Assembly: GCA_965240325.2 (NCBI GenBank)
Contig: OZ251222.1
Coordinates: 2,232,001-2,296,000, forward strand
DNA length: 64,000 nt
Reading direction: 5' to 3'
Source of the DNA: Rebecca billardiae RCC1528
Taxonomy: Eukaryota; Protista; Haptophyta
Positions 22,698 through 32,791 of the stretch are shown piece after piece. The position numbers were made by a program, and so were the translations under genes. Numbering within the stretch: the stretch's first letter is position 1; each line of letters starts with the position of its first letter. The notes beneath the pieces are model-generated. The model was not told where the DNA came from, did not search any database, and saw only the letters and a list, made by a program, of their open reading frames with translations.

Positions 22698-23499
22698 AGA
22701 TGGCGACGATCAGGTTCCTAACGAGTGGTAAAGAGTCCGGTCATACGCGACCCGCTTCCTCTGCAATCCCAGCTTTCGGCATACGCGGGTACTACGATAC
22801 ATTATGGCCCGCGGTGAAGATAAATACGATGAGAGTCGTTGCGGCGGCGAGGCCATATTTATTTATTACTATGGTCACACATGAACGAGAGGCTACCCAC
22901 AATTACCCAGCCTGGCACACTTGGGCGTGGGTTTCGTTGATTCCTCTGTTCACTATTCAAGACGGCGGCCGCGTCCTTTTTCGACGCTAATGCACCTGTA
23001 AGGGAGTCTCAAAATCGAAACTCGGTCTCCTCCAGCCCTAAAAAATCGCCCCCGTCCCTTTTTTCTTGATCAAAGATCTTTTTGAAACGTGGTTCGGGCC
23101 CGCTGGTGCGGGCTCCACGCTGCGCGCTCCGCCCTGCACCGCGGGCCATGAGAGATCGATCTGCTAGTAGTTTAGCTATAGATAGAGTGTGATGAACGCG
23201 ATCTAGACTATACACTAGTTACTCATCAGACTGAACTACTCACTCCATCAAACAAGTCATCATCCGACATCCGACGACGTCACGGTCCGTCAGACTGTTC
23301 GTGGGCCGTGCCATACTGCAGCAGTCCACCGGTCACCGGACCGTCGCGTAGTCGCCGCCGACTACGGCGCCCGGCCAAGGCGCCCGGCCCAAGCCGTAAT
23401 GACGCGCAAGCGGTCGTCCCAGCCCAGTATGTCTGCACGGCGTGTCCGCTCGCTCACTGACACGGACGGCCTGGAACGGCCAGATGTAGCCGAGTCGCC

Positions 23500-24869
23500 G
23501 ATGTCGCATCAGACGGTGCCACGGTGCCCATTGACGATGACGGGTGTGAGGCAACGGCGCGGCGGTCCTTGTCGATTCGCACGGCGGTGCGGGATGATGT
23601 GTGCGGCAGACCCATGCATGACGTGCTCATTGGAACTGCGAGCCGAAGCGGTACATGTTCCCGTCTCTCCGGCTCAGGCTGAAGTAGTCGATCGGCTCCA
23701 TCTTGGTTGGCCGCTTGTTTGGCCGGGCATACGTCTGGCAGGGTGGTGTGCACGCGCGGGGGGAAGCGCAAATCATCGCCCGTGGACGGCAAGGCCGGTT
23801 GCGACGCGCGCTGAGTATGCACGCACCTCGAATCGGGACAGCTTTTTGTCGAACTCCGGCGAGGTTCTCTCCGGAGCCTTCACGTGTACGGTGGACAGCG
23901 AGCGCGTGAAGGGGGAGTTTGCAATGAGGTCATGCCGCCTGCCCGTGATCCACGTGGTCTTCGGGTCGTAGATGAGCCCAGGCGCGTCAGACACCCTGAG
24001 TGGCTCGATGCGCGCGACCTTGGACTTCATGGAGGCGTGATATTTCTTCATCCTGTGCATGCAAAAGCCGGCCGCACGGCGCAAGCAGGGCGGTCACATT
24101 TCGGCCACCTTCGCCGCAGTGGACGGAGCGCAAGGAGCGCGGGCGCGCACGTCGTTGTTTGTGCGCGAGCCATCGTGTAGAAGCCCACCGCGCCATCGTA
24201 GAAGTTGTCCAAGCCTGGGTCTTCGGCATACCGTATCGAGCGCACGGAATTGTCCCGCCTAGGCACGGTCGTGAAGACCTCGGACATGGCGACTGCCGAC
24301 TGATGGTTACTTGTGCCTGTCGTAACCAACTGCCTCGCTGAGTCGCTGTAACCAACTTCCAACTACGGCTCCTCTTGTTGGCACCCTGGTGGATCAGATT
24401 CAAGCGACGAAACTCGCCGCGCGCAAGCGATGGCGGCGACGGTCGTGTTCGTCGCGATGTGTTCATCCCTCATCTCGCTGCGTGGAACTCCGCACCTGGC
24501 GCAGCGCTCTGCTGCCACCATGCGCGCGAGGGCAGCCGTACGGGCCGGCAGCGACGCTCCGGCGACATCAGCCGCGGCGAACTCGTCGAACTCGACGGCA
24601 GCCAAAGTGTATGTCTTTGATGCAGACCTGGACGTGGCGCCCGCGAGTCTGGTCTGGCAGTTCAGGCGTACGGCGCGCCGCAAGAATCTGCTTGGCATTC
24701 GTACCATTCGTGACGCGCCTGACACCACGCGTAGGCCCACTGTCGCCATCGTCGCGCTGGCCATCATCGGTCTTTCCAGCAGCCTTGACCTCTTCTTTGC
24801 TCTCTCGCGCCAATGGCTGCCGCAGACCTGGCTTGACCCTGCCGCCGATCGTGAGGAGGCGAGTTCCAC
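23500..24869 (-). pseudogene. Possible decayed coding sequence of unknown (TE-like?) origin
   Basis: ORFs 24363-24869 and 24048-24362 are in the same frame, separated by a single stop. Further ORF fragments follow and GC is lower than in host genes. No recognisable domain. Confidence 0.25.
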
Positions 24870-25908
24870 GCGTCCCGACAGGCGTGGTCGCAGCTCGAAC
24901 CGCCGACATAAATGAGCAGCGTGCCTTTGAAGCTCTTCTCAAGTGCGTCACACTCCGGGCTCGGTACGACGCTTGAGCCAAGGACTGTGACTTCATGCGG
25001 ATTGAACGCGGGCTGCCGGCTGCGCTAGATGACTAGCATAGCTGGCAGCCCGCCTTCAAGTGCGCTGCGCGTCCATGCGTTCTGGCTCCCCTCCGCTGCG
25101 GCGTCGCTGGCGTCGCGCGTCACTGCGGTCCGATTCGACCACTTTGCTTCGGCCCGATCTCATGAGTCATGGCGTCCTGCTGCACGGGCAGCGCCAGCCG
25201 CGGTGCGTTTGTGCGGTCCGCCAACCGCGCGGTGTTCTCTGTTGGCCGTGTTGCGGAACCTTGCCACTGTTGGCAGTTGGCAGCCAGGCTCAGCATTGAT
25301 CATAGCAGAGTAGTTATTGATATACACCTACACGACGGTACACCGTAGAACTGAGAACAAGGGCCTTCTCCCAGGGCAGGCACTTAGTCGGACTTGCATC
25401 AGGCAGACCGAGCTGAGCCATACATGCAGGCCAGCATGCGTGGCGGGGTGGCATCAGTGCCGGCCCCGGCCCGCAAACGCAAACAGCCGGACGCCCCGGC
25501 CCACGCAGCTGATGCGCCAGCAAACCCTGCTCCGGGCAACAGAACCCTGCCGCCGGCTTTGAGGCCGACACGCCACACTGGGGCGCATATCACCTGAGGG
25601 CCAGGCCTTCTGTGTGATAAGCTAACCCAGTCATGCCGCTTGATACACACCTTCCCCAACCGACAGTGGGGCTCTACATTCCCTACTACATCCTCATCCT
25701 GTCGGCGCGCTGTCGCATCGGCGCCCAGTCGGCGAGTTCGGACGACGACGTTTTGTGGACGACGGTGGGGCGAGGATGACGGGCGCTGGCGCGCCGCGAG
25801 GCGGCCGCAGCCCTCATCCAGGCCTCGCAGGCGGACGGCTGAACGAATTTTTCCGACGGTGCTACCATCGGCGACGGCTTCATGGGCGGTGACAGTTGGC
25901 GGGCGTCA

Positions 25909-25957
25909 ATCTCGCCTGCCTGAGCTGTGTGCGTCTCTTATTCTTAGTAAACTGTAG
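25909..25957. repeat. Dispersed ~50-bp motif, copy 2
   Basis: Matches 18034-18082. Confidence 0.8.
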
Positions 25958-26905
25958 TGCCCCCTTATCAGAGCTAGTCGCGCCGGTCTCGTCCGAGCGA
26001 GAATAACTATAGAATAAGCTCAGTAGTCATCAGTGACACAGTGAGACAACGGTGTAATATATAATGACTCATTTCCCGCCGCTGGGACCGTGCCTCATCT
26101 GAGCCGCCCGTGACGATATATATCACTATCAGGCCGGGCGATGACGAGTCTAATAACTGGCTAAAGTCTCAAGTCTTAAGTCATAGTGCGGGCCTGAGAC
26201 TGAGTCATTGACGACGAGACCAGCAGCTAGGATAGTATGCGTACTAATTGTACAATTTTGTAGAATTATCCCGTGCTCATTCTAATTAGCACTTGTCACT
26301 TACTCTAGCTACTTAGTCGTCGTATGATATATTGGCTAGGTCAGCATTGGTCCGTCGTGACACGTCGAACTGTCCGTGCCACTGTCTCACGAATACTCTA
26401 CTGAACAGTAGCCTGAACACTACTGAACTGCTCTGGCCTCCGGCCAGTTGCCGTAGCCCCCGTAGCGCCGGTCACGGTGCGGGCGCGACCGGCAGCGCAG
26501 CGGCCGGGGCCTTGCCTACAGTGACTAAGTCTAATGCCTGCACGTTCTGCTTCAGCCGAGGGCGGCTTGGCCGCAGCGGCGCGGGCCTTCTTGCCGAGGA
26601 CGAGGGCCGCCAGGGCGGCGATAGCCTTTGGCGCCATCGACGCTCGACTAATGCCGGCGGGGGGTCGAGGAGCGTGGCCGCGCCGGCAGGCCGCCAGCGA
26701 GTGCGACAGCGGGGAGACGGTGGTGTCCACCCGGGAGAAGCTTGCAGCGAGACTCGTGTCCGGGAGCACCGGCAAGCTGAAAGCGCCGGATCCGCCGCGT
26801 TGAGCGTCGGCCACACCCCAACCGGCCGTGTCGGGGGCAAGAGGACCAGCACCGGGCAACGTCGACCTGACCACCCCGTCCGCGCCGCCCGACCACCCCT
26901 CCCCG

Positions 26906-28909
26906 ATGTCGACGACGGCGACGCCCGCCGCCTTCATCCAGGCGATGGACGCTGAGCAGACGCAGGTTGACGAGGCAAAGACCGGCAAGACGCGTGGTGA
27001 GAACGGCGCCGCCGAGTGGTCGCTCGACGGCGTGGGCGACCCTCGCGTCGCGCTCTTCTTCAAGCTCGTGCGCGGCCTCGATGCGCGCGCGCTCGACGAG
27101 CACCTGGGCAACGTGCAGCGCGCGTACGACGAGTCGGGGGACGTGTCGATTCTCGTCGACCTCTTCGTCCTCGCCTTCCAGACGCGCGCGACGCGCGGCG
27201 ACGGCAAGGGCGAGAAGGCGCTCTTCCTCGAGCTGTTTGCGCGGTTGCACGCGCGCTACCCGAACACGGCCGAGCGCATGCTGCCGCTGATCCCGCACTT
27301 CGGCTACTTCAAGGACTGGCTGCTCCTCGCCGAGCTCGCCGGGTCACCCAAGGACGAGGCGACGCGCGCGCGCTTCGCGCCCATCGCGCGCGCCGTCCTC
27401 GAGCTGTTCGCGGCCAAGCTGAACGAGGACGGCGCCGAGCTGAAGCGCGCGACCGCTGACGGCGAGGTGGCGCGCGCCAGGCTGAGCCTCGCGGCGAAGT
27501 GGGCGCCGCGCGAGGGGCGGCAGTACAACGCGCACGCGCGTGCCCTTGCCGCGCACATGTTCCCCGAGGCGCGGCCCGACGCCGCGCGCCGCCTGTACCG
27601 CCAGCACGTGTCGGCGCTGAACCGCGCGCTCGGCACGCCCGAGGTGCTGATGAGCGCGCACCGGTACGCCGAGATCGAGTTCGGCCGCGTCGCGTCGCTG
27701 GCGATGGCGCGCAACCGCAAGGCGTTCCTCAACGAGCGGGTGAAGGGCCCGGGCCCACGCGGCGAGGAGGAGGAGACGGGCAACCGCTTCCCCGACGACG
27801 CCGACCGCGTGGCCGCGAGGCGTCAGCTGCGCGCGCTGCTCGCGTCGAGCGCGGTCTCCAAGCTCAAGGGCGCGGCGCTGCAGCCGCACGAGCTCGTGCG
27901 CACGGCGATGGCGGCGCAGCGCGGGAGCAAGCAGCTGTCCACGGCGGAGACGGACGTGCTCAACGCGCAGTGGGACGCGCTGCGCGACTCCGTGCGCGCG
28001 CAGCTCGCCAAGGCGGCGGCGGAGCGTGAGCTCGAGGTGCTGGGCGAGGGTGCAGCAGGCGCGCGCGGAGGCGGTGTGAGCGGCGCGCCGGCCGCGCGCG
28101 CCGTCGACCTCGGCAAGCTCGTGCCGCTGGTGGACGTGTCCGGCTCGATGACGGGGACGCCGATGGAGGTGGCGATCGCGATGGGCATCCTCGTCGCCGA
28201 GCTCACCAGCCCCACCTTCGCCCACCGCTTCCTCACGTTCGAGGGCGTGCCGCAGTGGGTGAGCCTCGCGGAGCACAGCGGCATGGTCGCCAAGGCGAGG
28301 GCGGCGGCGCGCGCGCCGTGGGGCGGGAGCACCAACTTCGAGGCGGCGTGCGAGGCGATCCTGCGCGTGGCCGAGCAGGAGAAGCTGAGGCCCGACCAGA
28401 TCCCCGACCTCATCGTCTTCTCGGACATGCAGTTCAACGAGGCGAACGAAGGCTACGGCTTCCGCAGGGGCATCAAGGTGACGATCGAGCGCCCGTGGGA
28501 GACGGCCCACGAGCGGCTGGGACGCCGCTTCGCAGAGGTGGGGCACGCGGTGTGCGGCGAGGCGTACCCGGCGCCACGCATCGTTTTTTGGAACCTGCGC
28601 GGCAACACGGTGGGCTTCCCCGCGCAGGCGGACACGCCCAACGTGCAGATGATCTCGGGGTTCTCGCCCGCGCTGCTCAAGCTCGTGCTGACGGGCGCTG
28701 ACCTGGTGGGGGACGAGGAGGTGGTCACCAAGCCCGACGGGACGACGCGCGTGGTCAAGGCGGGGCCCACGCCGTACGAGACGCTGCGCGCGGCGCTGGA
28801 CAGCGAGGCGTTCGATGTCGTGCGCGCGGCGATCGCAGAGGTCGGAGAGGGCCCGTTCGCGGGCTACAGCTTCGACACGGCCGAGGGCTTCACGGCGGTC
28901 GGCGCGTGA
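26906..28909 (+). CDS. DUF2828-family protein (TROVE-like helical domain plus C-terminal vWA)
   Basis: N-terminal motifs RGENGA, RGDGKGEKALF, HFGYFKDW and SLAAKWAPRE. vWA MIDAS motifs LVDVSGSM, WGGSTNF, LIVFSDMQF, IVFWNLRG and MISGFSPALLK. No intron needed. Confidence 0.85.
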   Translation: MSTTATPAAFIQAMDAEQTQVDEAKTGKTRGENGAAEWSLDGVGDPRVALFFKLVRGLDARALDEHLGNVQRAYDESGDVSILVDLFVLAFQTRATRGDGKGEKALFLELFARLHARYPNTAERMLPLIPHFGYFKDWLLLAELAGSPKDEATRARFAPIARAVLELFAAKLNEDGAELKRATADGEVARARLSLAAKWAPREGRQYNAHARALAAHMFPEARPDAARRLYRQHVSALNRALGTPEVLMSAHRYAEIEFGRVASLAMARNRKAFLNERVKGPGPRGEEEETGNRFPDDADRVAARRQLRALLASSAVSKLKGAALQPHELVRTAMAAQRGSKQLSTAETDVLNAQWDALRDSVRAQLAKAAAERELEVLGEGAAGARGGGVSGAPAARAVDLGKLVPLVDVSGSMTGTPMEVAIAMGILVAELTSPTFAHRFLTFEGVPQWVSLAEHSGMVAKARAAARAPWGGSTNFEAACEAILRVAEQEKLRPDQIPDLIVFSDMQFNEANEGYGFRRGIKVTIERPWETAHERLGRRFAEVGHAVCGEAYPAPRIVFWNLRGNTVGFPAQADTPNVQMISGFSPALLKLVLTGADLVGDEEVVTKPDGTTRVVKAGPTPYETLRAALDSEAFDVVRAAIAEVGEGPFAGYSFDTAEGFTAVGA

Positions 28910-28967
28910 GCGCAGTCGGCACAGCCAGCTAGAGACCGGCGGACGATCGAATTCATAAGCGACGAAT

Positions 28968-29079
28968 TATATATATATATATATATCGTCATGATATATA
29001 TATATATATATGCGCGCTTATTGATGATCGAGGACGAATCGGCCAATAATACGGACTATATATATATATATATATATAT
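28968..29079. repeat. (TA)n tracts between convergent genes
   Basis: Read directly from the sequence. Confidence 0.9.
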
Positions 29080-29286
29080 GGCGCAGTGGGTGGATACCAA
29101 AAGGTCTATCTCGAGTCGATCTGAGATTCCACTGGGAATCTAGCTCCGTTTTATATCCGGAAATATTATTCCGCGCCGATAATATTGCGCGCGGGTACTA
29201 CGCGTCGTAGCGATGAGATGAAAATTAATCGATCAACAGTAGCAGATGATGGCATCATGCCGATGCTGATGATGATGATCATCGTG

Positions 29287-31157
29287 TCAAGCCGCTTCCT
29301 CCCGCTCGGGCATACTTTCGGCATGCCGAGCCGTGCACGCAGGCTTGTGCACCTTCCAGCCCGCGCGGACGCACGCCTTGCAGCAGACGCGCGCCACTTT
29401 GCACCGCGAGCACACGCTGGCGCGCTGCGGTCCAGATCGGTTCGCCTCAGCGCCGCAGCCCAAGCACACTGTGCTCGCCACCTCGCGCAAGTGCGCAAAC
29501 GAGCGGAGCGTCTCGAGTGCATCGTCGGCATCGCCGCCGGCCTCACCGCGTGCCGCCGCACGCTTGGCTTCGGCGCCGAGGATCCGAGCGCCCCTTGCAA
29601 TGTCCCCAGCCAGGCCAAAGGGCTGGCCTTCTCCTTTGGCCGCTCGGATGAGCGCCCTGCCCGCCATCACGGCAGCTTTCCTGACGACGTCGGCCCGCTC
29701 GGCAACAGTCGCCGCGTCCTCAGCACATTCGCCCCGCACGAGCGCGTCGTCATGCTCGCCGGCGGGCTCTGAAGCGTTGGCGCGCAGCTGCGCGGCAGGC
29801 TGGAGGCCGATGGAGATGACCTCCTCAAACAATGGCACGGCCGCGCCCCAGTCGGGCCCAGACCACCCTGGACCGGCGCGCGCCCTGACCCTGTCCATGA
29901 CAACTTCGTCGGCGACGTCCTCCTGCGGAATGTCGCGGCTCATGAGGAAGGACTTATCCAAGCCGGCGTTCAGCTCCAGCGCGCGCTCCAGCATCACCTG
30001 CAACGCTTCGGTCTGGCCGGCGGCGGCAGCGCGGCGCGCGAGCGAAAGCGCCTCAGCCTTGTCCACCGCGACGCCGGCGTCTCCCTCGAAGTGCAGACGC
30101 GCAAGGAGCGCCTGGGCCTCGGGCTGTCCGGCGCCCGCCGCTTTGCGCACCAACGCCACGCCAGCGTCCACGTCCGTGTGACCGCCCTCGCCCTGGATCA
30201 GCGCCTGGCCGAGAAGGCCGATGCAACCGACGTGCTCCTGCTGTGCGCCCATGCGCGCCCAGCGCAGGCCCTCCTCCACGTCCATCTCGACGAGGCGGCC
30301 CTGGACGTAATGCACGGCGAGGTTGTACTGGGCGTCCGCCTCCCCATCCTCGGCCGCCCGCTTGAGGAGGCGCAGCCACTCGTCCGGGTCATCGCCGCCT
30401 GCTACCTTTGCGAGATCACTAAGCGCCGCTGTCGCCCGCGCAAAGCCCTGCGCAGCCGCCTTCTCGTACCACGTGCGTGCCGCGGCGAGGTCCTTGCGCA
30501 CGCCGCGGCCGCGGGGCTCACGCCCAGGCAGTGCTGCGCCTCTGCGTCGCCCTTCTCCGCGGCCAAGCGCCAGAGACGCACCGCCTCCTTCTCGTCCGCA
30601 GCGGCCACGCCCGTGCCGTCCATGAGGCAACGCGCCAGGTTGACTTGCGCGCCCTCGTGGCCCTTCTCCGCCGCGCGGCGGAACCAGTGCACGGCCTCGG
30701 TGGGGTCGCGGCGCGTGCCTTCACCCCTCATGAGGCACGTCCCGAGCTCAAACTGCGCGAGGTGCTGGCCGCGGTCTGCCGCCTTGCGCCACCAAGACAC
30801 CGCACCAATCATATCTGGCGGGGAGCGTGTTTCCGCATGCATCACGCCCAAGTTATGCATGGCCAGCGGGCGGCCAAGCTCTGCCGCGCGAAGGTTGAGC
30901 TTGTAGGCCTGATCGATGTCTTGGGGTACGCCATGCGTGCCCTGCAAGTACAGCGCAGCCAGATCCACGAGCGCGTGCGAGTGGTCGGCCATGGCGGCTC
31001 TGTGAAGGAGCTCCACTGCGCGCGGAATGTCTTGCGGCACACCGTCGCCCTCGATGCACTTCCACGCGAGGCCCCACTCCACGTCGGCCCGCGACTGCGG
31101 GTTGCCGGCGAGGCGGCGCGCCGCGCGGTCAGAGACGGCCACGTAGCCGAGGGGCAT
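29287..31157 (-). pseudogene. Sel1-repeat protein with C-terminal MYND zinc finger; frameshift near 30513 (pseudogene or assembly error)
   Basis: Many Sel1 repeats (AQFELGTCLMRGEGTRRDPTEAVHWFRRAAEKG) are split across ORFs 30402-31157 and 29287-30630. MYND motif CLGC...CSRCKVARVCCKACVRAGWKVHKPAC. Confidence 0.75.
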
Positions 31158-31319
31158 GCGCGACGAGGACGACGGAGGGGAGGTTCACTCTTGGTCAGGA
31201 GGTTGAAGGTCTGGGCGGTCTGGCCGAGGCCCGACTGAGGAAGAACCGGCAGGAAACGGGAAACGGCGATAACGACGGTTTCGTACCGTAGGAGTACGTA
31301 GAGTCGCACGGGTCCGCCG

Positions 31320-32111
31320 ATGGAGTTCACGGACGGCGATGACGACGACGAGTACTGCGAGTACTGCGAGGGCTGTGGGTGCGAGGAGTGCGACGAGGAC
31401 TTCGAGCTGGAAGAAGAGGAGATTGTGCAGTGCCATGGAATAACGCAGCGTGGCGCGCGCTGCCAGATCACAAGCCTGAGTGTCGATGCCGCGGTTGATC
31501 GGATTGCCAAAGCTGCCGAGCCACTCACCTACGGCTCGCGCTATTGTACGTTCCACACCGACCAGGAGGGCGATGACGCGTCCTGCGAGTGCTACGAATG
31601 CAACGATGATGGCTGCCCCGAGTGCTGCCCGGCTTGTTGGGGGAAAGGCTGCGAAGCATGCCTCCGCGACATGGCGGGCGGTGTCCCAGGAGCACCACGA
31701 ACAGAGGCTGACCAAGAGGACGACGAGGTCGCGTTTGTTGGGTCCCGAACCCGCGACGAACGTGACGCCGAAGCACGCGTGCACGCCATAGACGTCGAGG
31801 CTGCGTGCGACCAGATGGGGCAGCACACTACGGTCGACACGTCTGCCGCCCACCCAGAACTCGCGCTCACCGTGGCCGCCAGTGCTTCACGCAAGCCCAC
31901 CGGGACCCGACGGTCAACGCGGAGTACCGTGGTCAAAGACGAGCCGACAGAGCCCGCGCCTTCGGCCAATAGCGACGACAAGCAGCCTTCCCAGCCACAC
32001 ATGGCTGGAGCCAAGCGCCCCCGCCCCGCATCCAATCGCGCCGCAGTCGAGCCCCACACTGCTTTGACAAGGCTGCGCTCCAAGCCGGGTCCCAGGCAGC
32101 AGGATGCGTAG
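31320..32111 (+). CDS. Acidic Cys-rich protein with a C-x-G-x-T-x-x-G-x-R-C...YC-x-x-H zinc-finger-like motif
   Basis: ATG-started ORF divergent from the Sel1 gene. Motifs QCHGITQRGARC and SRYCTFH, plus repeated CxxC. Confidence 0.6.
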   Translation: MEFTDGDDDDEYCEYCEGCGCEECDEDFELEEEEIVQCHGITQRGARCQITSLSVDAAVDRIAKAAEPLTYGSRYCTFHTDQEGDDASCECYECNDDGCPECCPACWGKGCEACLRDMAGGVPGAPRTEADQEDDEVAFVGSRTRDERDAEARVHAIDVEAACDQMGQHTTVDTSAAHPELALTVAASASRKPTGTRRSTRSTVVKDEPTEPAPSANSDDKQPSQPHMAGAKRPRPASNRAAVEPHTALTRLRSKPGPRQQDA

Positions 32112-32791
32112 TCGTGGCGCAGTCAACTGTGAGTGCCGTGGCAAGGATCATCCCGCCGACATTCTCCTGTCCCCACCGGGCAGTGCCGAGCTCGTTATCT
32201 CACACGTAAAGGCCATCGGCGCTCGATCTGCGCAGCCTCGGCGACCTCGCCATCTCTTTGATGTAGGCACGTGTGCTGCGCTCCGAACCGCGTGACAGCC
32301 GCGCTCACTAACGGAGGCGGACAGGGCTCTCAGCGCAGTGCGACTCAGTAGTCAGTGTGGACTCGAGAGTCTGACTCCTCGCGCTAGTGTCAGTGACAGT
32401 GTCAGTGTGATTGTGGCGCGCCAGTAGTACTCAGGCTCACTCAGGGGGCCGCAATCCGCCGCGGAGCCGCGTTGGCGCGTGACGTTAGCGCTCGCCTCCC
32501 GCTCCAGATCGTGCACCATGGCACGTGTGCTATCTGCTTCGGTGCGTAGTCATATTACGTGCGGTGATGCAGCTCACACACAAGGTTGCCGAATGCCGTG
32601 GGACTTGGTGAGCAGTGCCCAGCGCTGGCGGGTGAGTGGGCACCCATGATGAGTGCTTTGTTCCAACCGGACTCGCCAGTAGAAAGTCCGGCCAGCCAAT
32701 CAAATGACCGGTGGCGCCGGGGCCACCGGTCGCTTTGCCCCTCGCCTTGCGCGGGCCCTCGCGCCTGGTGTGCAGGCCCCGCGCGGCGAGC

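Larger units (their letters stand above)
21158..23149 (-). mobile_element. Non-autonomous Helentron/HINE-like element, family H1 copy 2
   Basis: Left end TGACCGCGTTCCGCGGTCC...GTAGAAC.AACGTAGTT.AGGGCCCGCGGTG matches 15496. The right ~140 bp ending GCTCCGCCCTGCACCGCGGGCC matches 17760-17899. The interior is unrelated to copy 1. Confidence 0.55.
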
